Shown piece after piece: positions 19,716 through 29,144 of a stretch of 64,000 bases of DNA; positions within the stretch are counted from its first letter, which is position 1; every line of letters begins with the position of its first letter. Below the pieces are notes generated by a model. It made no database searches and had not been told where the DNA came from. It was given only the letters and a program-made list of their open reading frames with translations. Position numbers and translations under genes: made by a program. The DNA comes from an uncultured Planctomycetales bacterium (lineage in GTDB: Bacteria > Omnitrophota > Gorgyraeia > Gygaellales > Profunditerraquicolaceae): positions 159,194-223,193 of the forward strand of contig CAZYCL010000001.1 in NCBI GenBank assembly GCA_964645795.1. The letters run 5' to 3'.

Positions 19716-20772
19716 TATTTACCTTTGAAAGGGCATTGATTATCTCCTTGCTCATATTCTCCAAAGACGCTACCTTTACTGCCGCGCCGAGCTTTATCGC
19801 CTCTTTAGGCATACCAAAGACGACGGAGCTAGCCTCATCCTGTGCCAATGTATAAGCCCCTTTTTGGCGCATCTGAAGCAAACCCCGCGCTCCGTCAGAG
19901 CCCATTCCCGTAAGTATCACTCCGATGACATTGGCCGAAGCGCAGGCAGCGACGGACTCAAAGAGGACGTCGACGCTTGGTCGTTGATGATGGACCTGCG
20001 GGCCGTCTTTTATCTTTACCGCGTAACTACCGTTTGCGCGGTGATGCAGGATCATATGTTTATTGCCGGGTGCGACCAGCGCCAGGCCCGCACGCACCTG
20101 ATCATTATCCTGCGCCTCCTTTACTTCCATGGCGCAGATACTATTAAGACGGTTGGCAAAAGAGGCGGTAAAGCCTGCGGGCATGTGCTGAACGATAAGG
20201 ATGCCGGGCATAAACTCGGGCAGCTCTACCAAAATATGCTCAATAGCCTGAGTGCCTCCGGTTGAGGCACCTATGGCTATGATACGGCTGTCTGTCTGAA
20301 GAGCCTGGTCAACGGCTTTCTTGGGCGGCCTTACGCTTTCAATAGGGATTTCCCTGCGCAAGGGCTCTTTTGTCTCGACGACTTTTGCCTGAGATGTGGC
20401 GCGGATTGCGTGGACCAGCCTCTTGGTCATCTCTTCCACCGGCTCACCGACCGCCGGCTTGCTGATAACCTCCATCGCGCCCAGCCCCAGCGCCATAACG
20501 GCCTTTTCGCTGTTCTGGGGGGCGACGGAGCTGACCACGATAACAGGCAGCGGATAATACTTCATAAGCTTGGCCAGGAACGATAACCCGTCCATCTTGG
20601 GCATCTCCAGGTCAAGCGTGATCACATCAGGTTTAAGCTTTAAAATCTTTTCACGGGCGACAAACGGGTCCAGGGCCGTACCGACGACCACGATATCCTC
20701 GTAGCGCGACAACTCATCGCTGAGGATCTTACGCACTACCGCGGAATCATCAATAACCAAAACCCTGATCAT
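19696..20772 (-). CDS. cheB: Chemotaxis response regulator protein-glutamate methylesterase CheB
   Basis: N-terminal REC domain (VLVIDDS...DLEMPKMDG) plus C-terminal methylesterase domain. Confidence 0.9.
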   Translation of the reverse strand: MIRVLVIDDSAVVRKILSDELSRYEDIVVVGTALDPFVAREKILKLKPDVITLDLEMPKMDGLSFLAKLMKYYPLPVIVVSSVAPQNSEKAVMALGLGAMEVISKPAVGEPVEEMTKRLVHAIRATSQAKVVETKEPLRREIPIESVRPPKKAVDQALQTDSRIIAIGASTGGTQAIEHILVELPEFMPGILIVQHMPAGFTASFANRLNSICAMEVKEAQDNDQVRAGLALVAPGNKHMILHHRANGSYAVKIKDGPQVHHQRPSVDVLFESVAACASANVIGVILTGMGSDGARGLLQMRQKGAYTLAQDEASSVVFGMPKEAIKLGAAVKVASLENMSKEIINALSKVNNDNQQK

Positions 20773-20778
20773 AGCTCT

Positions 20779-21246
20779 TTAGGCCTTTAGCTTTAATTCA
20801 CCGGGATCTTCGACAAAAAGATAAAGATCCGCCCTGCCGCCTTCGATGCCGATATGTGTTTCCCCGATACGCCCGTCAAGCGAGAAACCGTCTAACTCAA
20901 GTACCCGCGGAGGCATTATATGAAACACCTCTTTAGCTCCGCCGATCAACGGCAGGAGGTTGCCGCAAACTACGTTTGAGAGCTCTTTTATGGCATCAAG
21001 CTGCAGGTCCCTATCCGGCGGCGAGTCAGAACCAAGCATATTGGCGGTGATGCTCGGGAGCAGCCCCCCGCATATCTGCAGGATTATCTTGCCTTTGAAC
21101 GGGCCGAAAAACGAAGCTTCAACCGCGACTTCTGCCTCTGAATTCCCCTGCTCCTTTGTCATCTGTGCTTCCGGAAAAACGAAACCCATCTCCTCAAAAG
21201 CCATAAGCATGACTTTAGCCAAAGCCTCTTGCAGTTCCTTGTCCAT
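20779..21246 (-). CDS. CheX/CheC-family CheY-P phosphatase
   Basis: E-x2-N-x22-P motif (ELSNVVCGN...PP). Confidence 0.65.
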   Translation of the reverse strand: MDKELQEALAKVMLMAFEEMGFVFPEAQMTKEQGNSEAEVAVEASFFGPFKGKIILQICGGLLPSITANMLGSDSPPDRDLQLDAIKELSNVVCGNLLPLIGGAKEVFHIMPPRVLELDGFSLDGRIGETHIGIEGGRADLYLFVEDPGELKLKA

Positions 21247-21249
21247 ATA

Positions 21250-21624
21250 TCAGACCTCGATAACGTTGAGTATCGCCTCCCGCAGAGACTCGGGGGAAAA
21301 CGGTTTATGCACGAATCCATCGCTTTTTTTAGTCAACAGGTCGATCCGGGTCTCGCTGCTTTCAGTCGAGACGATGATCACCGGCAGATCCGCGGTAGCG
21401 GGGTTCTGCCTGATCTTATCGATCATCTCCTCGCCGTTCATCACCGGCATGTTTATGTCGGCCAGGACCAGGTCCAGCCAATGTTTATTTATCAACTCCA
21501 GCCCTTCCGCGCCGTTTGAGGCCTGATAGATCTCGCCAAGCGGGATATTGGAAAGGCGCAGCGTGCGGATGATCATCTCGCGCATGACCGCGCTGTCTTC
21601 TACGATAAGGATATTGAGCGCCAT
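21250..21624 (-). CDS. cheY: Chemotaxis response regulator CheY
   Basis: 124-aa single REC domain. Confidence 0.9.
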   Translation of the reverse strand: MALNILIVEDSAVMREMIIRTLRLSNIPLGEIYQASNGAEGLELINKHWLDLVLADINMPVMNGEEMIDKIRQNPATADLPVIIVSTESSETRIDLLTKKSDGFVHKPFSPESLREAILNVIEV

Positions 21625-21638
21625 AGCCCTGCCTCCTA

Positions 21639-22160
21639 TTAGCCCACGGCCATTCTGCCGTTTTTTAAAGATGGAACAAGGGTAGTTTCAACGCCTTGAG
21701 TCTTTATGACTACTTCTCCGTTAGAATTATTCAAAGCCATTGTCCGGGAAATGCTGCCCCCCACATCGTGCGACTTAAGAAGCAAACCATTCTTCCATAG
21801 CAGCTTCCTGAGCATGACAAAATTACGCTTGCCTATCTGAAAATAATCGTCTCCTCCTGCTGCTGAATGGAAAAAGGCGCCTCCGGCTGCAGCAATCACC
21901 ATGCGCTGTTTCTGTGCGCCCAGCTTATAGCACTCCGTAAACAAAAGCGGCACACCCGTATCAACGAACATATAGGGATTATTATCGGCTTTCTTGGCAT
22001 CCATCGTCGAAAGAGGCAGCATCACGTGTAGCAGCCCCCCGACGCCGGAAACCGGGTCATAAACACTGATCCCCAGGCAGCTGCCCAGGGCATAAGTGAT
22101 AAGTGTGTCGTCGGGATTGGATGAAACCTTAAGATCCGCTATTCCTACGATCTGCAGCAT
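21639..22160 (-). CDS. cheD: Chemoreceptor glutamine deamidase CheD
   Basis: ITYALGSCLGISVYDPVSGVGGLLHVMLP, the classic CheD motif. Confidence 0.85.
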   Translation of the reverse strand: MLQIVGIADLKVSSNPDDTLITYALGSCLGISVYDPVSGVGGLLHVMLPLSTMDAKKADNNPYMFVDTGVPLLFTECYKLGAQKQRMVIAAAGGAFFHSAAGGDDYFQIGKRNFVMLRKLLWKNGLLLKSHDVGGSISRTMALNNSNGEVVIKTQGVETTLVPSLKNGRMAVG

Positions 22161-22175
22161 GTTATTTTATCGGTA

Positions 22176-24764
22176 TTATAATTTAACAGTGTCGCCTCGC
22201 GAAAGAGCGATTATCCCCTGCACGTCCAGTATAAGCCCGACACGGCCGTCTCCCATTATCGCGCCCCCCGAAACGCCTTTTGCCTTGCGCACGAACGTCC
22301 CACCCAAAGACTTTACCACTACCTGCTGCTGGGTTATCAAATCATCGACAAGTAAAGCACAACGATCCTCCCTGTCTTCTACCACCACAAGCAATGCCTG
22401 GCTTATATCTTCGGCGGCATCGGTTATGCCGAATATCCTGTGCAACCTGACTATCGGTATAAGCCTGCCGCGGAACATTACCATCTCAGCGCTATTGGCA
22501 ACCGTTGAGACCGCCTCTTTGGCCGGCCGAAAGCTCATTGAGATGTTCACGGTAGGCAGTACGTAGCGCTGACTGCCAACCTTAAGGAGCATCCCATCGG
22601 TAATGGCCATGGTGAGGGGGAATTTTACGATAAAAGTGGAGCCCATCCCCGGCCTGGATATTATTTCTATCCTGCCATGCAAAGCCTCTATGTTCTTCTT
22701 GACCACATCCATGCCCACGCCCCTGCCCGAGACATCGGTGATCTTATCGGCGGTAGAAAAGCCGGGGAGAAAGATCAGGTTATAGATCTCGTTATCAACA
22801 AGCTCCTTGCCCGCCTCAAGCAAACCTTTTTCAACGGCCTTATCCAGGATCTTCTGGCGATCAAGGCCTCTACCGTCATCCTGGATCTCAACGATGATGT
22901 TGCCGCTCTGATGATAGGCCGAAAGTTTGACGCTGCCTGCCGAAGGCTTTCCGGCTTTTTCCCTTTCATCCGGATACTCAATACCGTGGTCAATGGCGTT
23001 ACGCATCATGTGCACCAGGGGGTCATTGATAATATCGACCATATTGCGGTCGATCTCGGTCTCTTCCCCTTCCGAAATGAAGTTAACAACCTTTCCGTTC
23101 TTCTGGGACAGGTCCCTGACCAGGCGCGCCATCTTCTGGAAAGTGCTTTTTAGCGGCACCATGCGCATAAGCATGCTTAGGTCCTGCAGCTCCCGGACGA
23201 ATTTAGCGGTATGCTGCACCTTTTTCAAAAGCGCGTCATTCTCGCTGGAAAGCATGGTTTTGTCCTGCGCAACCATAGAGTGGGCAATAACCAACTCGCC
23301 GATCATGTCGATGAGCCTGTCGAGACGATCGGTCCTTACCCTGACCGAAGAATCGATAAAAGTTTCGCCGCCCTTTATCTGCTGTTGGGTCCTCAAGGCC
23401 CTGCCTACGTCGGAAAGGCTGGCGGCTTTGGATTTTATCAGGGCCATGCCCAGAGGCTCGTTGCCCTGTTGCGCAACGGCATCCTCTATATCCTGGCGCG
23501 AGACCTTGCCTTCGGAAACCAGGATGTCTCCGATCCTCACCGACACCCCCGAATCCTCGGCTCCTTTTTCGCTCACGCCGCTTGAATGCGGGTCGCCGAG
23601 AGCGCTCAAAAGCTGGTCGTAATTTCCGGGTTTGATGATCGGCTCGCCGCCCAGAGAGTTTCGAACGCCTTCCAAAAGCAGCTTCAACATATCCACCGAA
23701 CGCAGTGCCAGGTCGGCGTAGCCTCCGGAATACTGTATTTTTTTATCGCGAATTTTGCTAAGCAGGTTTTCGGCCTTGTGAGCTAACTCCGCTATCAAGG
23801 TATAACCCAAAAACGATGAAGTGCCTTTTATGGTATGGAAAGCCCTGAATACGATATTAACGGCCTCTGCGTTAGAGGCATCCGTCTCAAGGGCCAGAAG
23901 GGCTGCCTCGGCTTTCTCTATGTAATCAAAGCTCTCGGTTACATAATCCGCAATAAGACTGGCGTCGCTCTGGGCAGGCTGGGATTTCTGCGGTTCCGGA
24001 CTTGAGTCGGTCGTTTCCGCCGGCTTAGATGAGGTATCAGCCGCCTTTGACTTGATTTTTTTGCTCTGCGCATTTTGAGCGTCCGGCAAAGACGCTTCTT
24101 TTAAGACCTTGTTTCCCTCTTTTCCCTGATCCACGAAGCTCATGGCGGTCTCGATCAGCGCGCCGGTGGAAGTCAATATCTCCTGGCTGCAGACGCCGGC
24201 CTCAAGGCTCGCATCCAGCTTCTTTAAAATCTGCCCAAGGACCTGATTCGCCCCGGCAGGAGACCTGCTGGATTCATACAGGGATCTGACCATCTCCCTT
24301 ATTGCCGACAGCCCCAGCAGATCCTGCGCCTCCAGGCGTATCAGGCTTGCAGCTATTTCGTCAAGCGTAGCTATTTTTTTCTGATTAAGGGCGTCGTCAC
24401 GATAAGGGCACTCTTCGGGAGAACGGCCGAGGGTTATCCACAGCGCTCTGCCGGCATCATTGAGCCGTTCGTTCTTGTTGGGGGCATCCGAAAGGAAATC
24501 GCCGACTGCCACAAGCGACATCTCGATTGCGTTAACAAGACAGAACGGATCGTCGCTGGTCTTTTCATAAACGGCCTGAAGCGCGTTTAAGGCGAGGTTT
24601 AATACGGAAGATAATTTATAGAGCTCTGAGGGGAGACAGCCGGCGAGCTCTTCCAATTGGCTGCCTATCCGGACAATAAGCTCCTTGTTGTCCGGGGTCA
24701 AATCCTTGAAAGAGGCTGAGAGCTTCCTTAATTTCTCAACAAGGGTTTTGCCTGTTTCTGGCAT
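22176..24764 (-). CDS. cheA: Chemotaxis histidine kinase CheA with about 270-aa N-terminal extension
   Basis: Hpt (FHTIKGTSSFLG), HATPase (DDGRGLD...GRGVGMD) and C-terminal CheW-like domain. Confidence 0.9.
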   Translation of the reverse strand: MPETGKTLVEKLRKLSASFKDLTPDNKELIVRIGSQLEELAGCLPSELYKLSSVLNLALNALQAVYEKTSDDPFCLVNAIEMSLVAVGDFLSDAPNKNERLNDAGRALWITLGRSPEECPYRDDALNQKKIATLDEIAASLIRLEAQDLLGLSAIREMVRSLYESSRSPAGANQVLGQILKKLDASLEAGVCSQEILTSTGALIETAMSFVDQGKEGNKVLKEASLPDAQNAQSKKIKSKAADTSSKPAETTDSSPEPQKSQPAQSDASLIADYVTESFDYIEKAEAALLALETDASNAEAVNIVFRAFHTIKGTSSFLGYTLIAELAHKAENLLSKIRDKKIQYSGGYADLALRSVDMLKLLLEGVRNSLGGEPIIKPGNYDQLLSALGDPHSSGVSEKGAEDSGVSVRIGDILVSEGKVSRQDIEDAVAQQGNEPLGMALIKSKAASLSDVGRALRTQQQIKGGETFIDSSVRVRTDRLDRLIDMIGELVIAHSMVAQDKTMLSSENDALLKKVQHTAKFVRELQDLSMLMRMVPLKSTFQKMARLVRDLSQKNGKVVNFISEGEETEIDRNMVDIINDPLVHMMRNAIDHGIEYPDEREKAGKPSAGSVKLSAYHQSGNIIVEIQDDGRGLDRQKILDKAVEKGLLEAGKELVDNEIYNLIFLPGFSTADKITDVSGRGVGMDVVKKNIEALHGRIEIISRPGMGSTFIVKFPLTMAITDGMLLKVGSQRYVLPTVNISMSFRPAKEAVSTVANSAEMVMFRGRLIPIVRLHRIFGITDAAEDISQALLVVVEDREDRCALLVDDLITQQQVVVKSLGGTFVRKAKGVSGGAIMGDGRVGLILDVQGIIALSRGDTVKL

Positions 24765-24788
24765 TATGTTATTGTTTTAAAACGAAAG

Positions 24789-25307
24789 CTACTTGTTAGG
24801 CTCGGGTCTGCCTATGCCGATCTTAACCCAGAATTGCCCAAAGCTGAACTTGAACAACAGACATACCGCTGGAGACTTGGCAGGCAGCAACAGCTCCAAC
24901 TCTTTGCCTCTGGCTACGGTAGGAATGGATAGATCGCTCTTGATGCCCCAGACCTCAAGACGTCCGGAAATGTCCCCGGTAAAGATATTAGTAAGCTCGC
25001 CGATAACGTCATTCATATCGGAGCTGGCAAACGGGATATCGCAGCGCGCAAACCTCTTTGCAACAACGACGGCTGCATCCTGAGAAAAACCCAGATGAAG
25101 GGAAAGCGCCAGCTCCTTACTTACCAAAGACATGATGCCCACGATTACGTCTTCAAGCGCGCCGTTTTCCTTCATGCCCACATACTGCGGTTTTTCGTTA
25201 CAGATAAGGCCAAGGGCCGATATGGTCGCTTGCTTTACATCTTCCAATAATTCTGGCGAAAGCCCGCTTCCGCTGAAAAGCTTACTTACAAGAATCGACT
25301 CCTCCAA
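24789..25307 (-). CDS. CheX/CheC-like phosphatase (second copy)
   Basis: GELTNIFTG motif containing E-x2-N. Confidence 0.55.
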   Translation of the reverse strand: MEESILVSKLFSGSGLSPELLEDVKQATISALGLICNEKPQYVGMKENGALEDVIVGIMSLVSKELALSLHLGFSQDAAVVVAKRFARCDIPFASSDMNDVIGELTNIFTGDISGRLEVWGIKSDLSIPTVARGKELELLLPAKSPAVCLLFKFSFGQFWVKIGIGRPEPNK

Positions 25308-25312
25308 AGCAG

Positions 25313-25753
25313 TTAACCTCCTCCCAAAAGCTTGCCGAAAAAGCCGCCTTTGCCTTTCTGTTTTCTCTGATTTATCTCCTCTATGAACTTGCTCAGCGCC
25401 CGGACAACATCATCGGTAGTAAAAGGCTTGCAGATATAGGCGTTGGCCCCGGCCTCATCAAGGGCCACTTCCATTTTACCCATCGCCTTTTCGCTGGTGA
25501 CCATTATAATAGGGGTAACATCTCCTCCGGGCCTCTTGCGTACTTCCTTCACGAAATCTACGCCGCTCATCTTGGGCATGTTCCAATCGGTAAAGACGAT
25601 ATCAATGGCAGCCGGATCAAACTTTGCCAGCGCATCCTCACCGCTGTCGGCCTCGATAAACTCAAACTCCGCCAGCTGGCTGCTGTTAACCGTAGATACG
25701 ATGATACCCCGCATTACTTTAGAGTCATCTACGACTAAAGCTTGAATCTTCAT
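25313..25753 (-). CDS. CheY-like response regulator with Gly-rich C-terminal tail
   Basis: REC domain (VVDDS...DWNMPKMSG...KP). Confidence 0.85.
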   Translation of the reverse strand: MKIQALVVDDSKVMRGIIVSTVNSSQLAEFEFIEADSGEDALAKFDPAAIDIVFTDWNMPKMSGVDFVKEVRKRPGGDVTPIIMVTSEKAMGKMEVALDEAGANAYICKPFTTDDVVRALSKFIEEINQRKQKGKGGFFGKLLGGG

Positions 25754-25858
25754 TTTTTCCCCTTTTTTTGATTATAGCAGCAAAATTATAACATATCCCA
25801 TAAGAATGTCAATAGGTTAGAATAAATCCGGGACAAATGGCAGCTTCAGCCCTCACCC

Positions 25859-25887
25859 TTGAATTACCTGCCAAAACGTGTTATAAT
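25859..25887 (+). promoter_or_regulatory. Sigma70-type promoter (TTGAAT-17-TATAAT) driving riboswitch 1
   Basis: -35 TTGAAT at 25859-25864, exact 17-bp spacer, consensus -10 TATAAT at 25882-25887. Confidence 0.6.
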
Positions 25888-25928
25888 TGTTATGTAACTT
25901 CGGACTATAATAAAAGTATATAGCCATT

Positions 25929-26005
25929 GAAAAGGCAAACTAGCAGTAATGCTGGGGCGCAAAGCTACAGCCCCGACTCTTAAGTCGGGGGGCTGAGCTG
26001 CCAAA
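25929..26005 (+). ncRNA. c-di-GMP-I (GEMM) riboswitch aptamer, copy 1
   Basis: GGCAAAC 5' element. P2 hairpin with GNRA (GUAA) tetraloop. GGGCGCAAAGC junction (Vc2 has GGACGCAAAGCC). P3 hairpin CAGCCCCGACU/AGUCGGGGGGCUG. P1 closure GGCA/UGCC. Confidence 0.7.
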
Positions 26006-26021
26006 GGTGAAGCTTGGTGCG

Positions 26022-26052
26022 ACCCCGGTTGATCTTACCGGGGTATTTTTTT
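26022..26052 (+). terminator. Intrinsic terminator (riboswitch 1 expression platform)
   Basis: CCCCGG-TTGATCTTA-CCGGGG hairpin followed by TATTTTTTT. Confidence 0.7.
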
Positions 26053-26077
26053 AGGAACCTAACGCAAGGAGGCAAAA

Positions 26078-28150
26078 ATGGGTATGGGACAGCTGAATAA
26101 ACTGGAGCATTATTTTAATCCTCTGAGGCTGCAGCTTATGCAGGCAGCCAGCAATATCATGAACCCTGCGCACATGCAGAAGATCAACGCCAAGATCCAA
26201 AGCTTGGCCAAAAACATTAATCCCCTGAAAGCAAAGGCCCATACCCAGCAGGATGTCTCGGTTAAGATGCAAGGTAGCTACACCGCCACTGCCTCCGTTC
26301 AATCTCAGCGGACGGGTAACGTGTTGAATGTCCTGGCCCAGTACAATGCCAGCGGCAATACCGCTTCCCAGCTTAACTCCAACCTATCCCAGACACAAAA
26401 TATAAAAGTAAACCAGGGTCAGCCAAAACCCGGGTATGCAAATCAAACCATACAGCTTGATCAAAGCCGCAATGTCCTGAGCAACTCTTCGTTCGATCTT
26501 GCCAGGACCGTTGACTCCACTATTGTCTCCAACGCTTACCAGAAAGTGGGCGGCTCTATAAGAGAAACCAGCATCACTACTAATACCAATCAGGATTTAA
26601 GCCGCTTGCAGAATACCAATGCCGTTACCGAAACAATGCGCAATGTAAGCAACACGGATAATAAAGGTAATGTCGTAGGCAATGCGTTTAGTCATACAAT
26701 AGTAAACCAGGAAACCAGCTCCGCCCTGAATCAAAACACGGTAAGCTCCCTCCAACGCGACGTGCTTCAGGATACCACAATCAGCAAAGCTAATATCGCA
26801 GGCGTAGCTATAACCAAAACACAGATAGATACGCAGGACACTCGCAGCGGCTCTACCAACATCCAAACCAACAGCCTGACCGATTATGCTGCCACGGTAA
26901 CCAGGCTCAACCAAGAAGGCCAGGTAATCGGCGTCCAGGATTCTAACCGGGTTAGCGAATCCAACGAAGACAGAAATATCGTCATGCAACAGAATATTAA
27001 CACGGAAAGGGAGATCCTCTCTCTTGCTAAGGGGCAGGAAAGAGTGAGCCTTGATACACAAAAGACCGAAGGCCAGCTGACCCAAAATACAAATGCCGCC
27101 GCTGCGACCGTAGTCACTAACCTCGCTCCTGACGGCTCGACCATATCGACGCAGGCCTATCTTACCAATACCGCCTCTACCCTTAATCAAAGCACCAATA
27201 CCGACATCAACCGCATCGTCAACCAGGATGCCGCAGGCGTGCGCGGAGCAGGAGAGCTAAGCAGTAAAGTAGTCACGGACATTGACACCAGGATAGAGAG
27301 CACCGCGCCCAACGGAAACGTCGCGGTGCGCGAAATCGAAAGGAATATCCAGGACCAGAACTCCGCTGCCTGGGCAGGGGCCATCGAGTTAACTAATCTC
27401 GAGGGGGGCGGCAGACTCTATAGCCTTAAGAACGTCGATGTGGGAAGCCGCGTAATCAACGACGTCACTAAGGAAGGTGTCAACGAGCTTAGGGTCAATA
27501 CCGACACCGCAACCGCCAAAATGGTTAGCGGAAGCGTCCAATACCAGCCGGCCGAACAGGTGACACCCGTCGGAAATGTCGCAGGTGCCGGGGTAGGAAT
27601 AAGCTTTGCCACCTATAGCGGTATTGCCAGCTCCTTTAAGCTGGATACGGGCGAGGTAAACTTCAGCTTCTCCTTCGCTTCTTCAGAGATCACCTCAAAA
27701 GAGACCGCTAAGTCTGTTGACGGAGAGCTGGCAAGCGAAGCCACGGCGCTTTCCGGCCAAAAGAACCAGGCGCAACTGGAAGGAAAACTCACTTCAACAG
27801 TGCTTGAAGACGGCAGCCGCCTGATCACGGTAAACGCCGCCTATGATAGAAGCGGCTTAAAGATGGTCACGGAAGGCGAAAAGAAAGGCGAGTTTGCACA
27901 AGCCGAACAAGATACCAATGTTCAATTACAGGGAACGATCCTGGTAAGTAAAAACGGGGAGGTAAAGACAGTAGAGTCTTCTTTCGACATGTTCAAGACA
28001 GAAGACTCCGAGGCCTCAGGCACAAGCGTTTCAGCGGTCAAGAACGCCCTGGCGCAGACAGACCCGTTGCGGAAAAACTTCTACTTCGATAACGGAACGC
28101 TCAGGTTCAACCTTGGCTTTGCGACGCTTAACTTCTCGGTCTACGCTTAA
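26078..28150 (+). CDS. Large Thr/Asn/Gln/Ser-rich hypothetical protein (690 aa, no Cys, no signal peptide) under riboswitch control
   Basis: AGGAGG Shine-Dalgarno 7 nt upstream of the ATG. Long polar low-complexity N-terminal part and beta-strand-like C-terminal third. No recognisable family. Confidence 0.7.
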   Translation: MGMGQLNKLEHYFNPLRLQLMQAASNIMNPAHMQKINAKIQSLAKNINPLKAKAHTQQDVSVKMQGSYTATASVQSQRTGNVLNVLAQYNASGNTASQLNSNLSQTQNIKVNQGQPKPGYANQTIQLDQSRNVLSNSSFDLARTVDSTIVSNAYQKVGGSIRETSITTNTNQDLSRLQNTNAVTETMRNVSNTDNKGNVVGNAFSHTIVNQETSSALNQNTVSSLQRDVLQDTTISKANIAGVAITKTQIDTQDTRSGSTNIQTNSLTDYAATVTRLNQEGQVIGVQDSNRVSESNEDRNIVMQQNINTEREILSLAKGQERVSLDTQKTEGQLTQNTNAAAATVVTNLAPDGSTISTQAYLTNTASTLNQSTNTDINRIVNQDAAGVRGAGELSSKVVTDIDTRIESTAPNGNVAVREIERNIQDQNSAAWAGAIELTNLEGGGRLYSLKNVDVGSRVINDVTKEGVNELRVNTDTATAKMVSGSVQYQPAEQVTPVGNVAGAGVGISFATYSGIASSFKLDTGEVNFSFSFASSEITSKETAKSVDGELASEATALSGQKNQAQLEGKLTSTVLEDGSRLITVNAAYDRSGLKMVTEGEKKGEFAQAEQDTNVQLQGTILVSKNGEVKTVESSFDMFKTEDSEASGTSVSAVKNALAQTDPLRKNFYFDNGTLRFNLGFATLNFSVYA

Positions 28151-28169
28151 AAGAGTTCCGGGCCTTGCT

Positions 28170-29132
28170 TCAAAGCTTCTTAAGCAGCTCCCTGACTTCG
28201 CCCGCAAGGGCGGAGTCGGGGTTTTTTGTTAAAAACAGCTCCCACTGCTTCTTGGCCTTATCGTTCTCTTTAAGGTTATAGAAACAGGCCCCAAGATGGT
28301 AAAGCACTATGGGATCCCCTACCCCGCATTCTATACCCCTGGAAAAAGATTCGGCTGCCGCCTTATAATCTTTCTGGTCCATGAGCACCAATCCCAGGTT
28401 ATAATGCGCCAGGCCGAAATCGGATTTCAGGCTTAGGGCCCTCTCGAATTCGCTCTTAGCTTCTACCCTCTTATTCTGATTAAGATAAACAAGGCCAAGA
28501 TTCAGGTGCGCCTCAAAATAATTATCATCGATCTCAAGCGCCCGCTTAAAAGCATCCTCGGCTTCGGCCAGCTGCTGCTTGGTAAGATAGGCCAGCCCCA
28601 GATTATAATAAGCAAACTTATAATCGCCCTTTAAGAGGATGGATTTGTTAAAACTCTCTATCGCCTGGTCGACCTTGTTCTGCTGGTAATATACTATCCC
28701 GAGGTTATTGTGGGCCATGAAATTATCGGGCTTTATCCTGGCCAGGGCCTCAAAGTAGTGCTGGGCCTGTGCGATATTGCCCCTGGAGTAATAAATGGAA
28801 CCCAGCGCCATGTGTGCTTCTTCGCTTGACGGGTTAAGCACTACCATCTTCTCCCAGTAGAATACCGCTTTTTCCTCGTTGCGTAAATTCTGATGGGCCA
28901 AAGCGAGGTTAAAAAGCGCCGCCTGGAACTGAGGGTTAAGCCTTAAGGCCTCTTCCCATTCAGCCACCGCCTTATCCCAATCCTTGGCCAGGGCATAGGT
29001 ATTACCGAGATTAAAGTGCGCGATCGCATCCCCCGGATTCTTGGCGATCACCTTCTGAAGCAGGCCTGCGGCCTCTTCGTATTTGCCTTCCTTGAATAAT
29101 TCCTCTATTTCATCGGCCATCTCTGCCTCCAA
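28170..29132 (-). CDS. TPR repeat protein
   Basis: Repeated AxxxLGxxYxxxxxxxxAxxxFxxAL units. Confidence 0.85.
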   Translation of the reverse strand: MEAEMADEIEELFKEGKYEEAAGLLQKVIAKNPGDAIAHFNLGNTYALAKDWDKAVAEWEEALRLNPQFQAALFNLALAHQNLRNEEKAVFYWEKMVVLNPSSEEAHMALGSIYYSRGNIAQAQHYFEALARIKPDNFMAHNNLGIVYYQQNKVDQAIESFNKSILLKGDYKFAYYNLGLAYLTKQQLAEAEDAFKRALEIDDNYFEAHLNLGLVYLNQNKRVEAKSEFERALSLKSDFGLAHYNLGLVLMDQKDYKAAAESFSRGIECGVGDPIVLYHLGACFYNLKENDKAKKQWELFLTKNPDSALAGEVRELLKKL

Positions 29133-29144
29133 CGGGTAAAACTG

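Noticed and set aside
26597-27828. Several minus-strand ORFs inside the 690-aa gene
   Set aside because: They are shadow ORFs of the riboswitch-controlled plus-strand CDS. Their Ala/Pro/Trp-rich composition is typical of antisense frames.
26078-28150. 690-aa protein as flagellin or FlgK hook-associated protein
   Set aside because: It lacks the conserved N-terminal NIANxxTxGY rod/hook motif and the flagellin N- and C-terminal helices.
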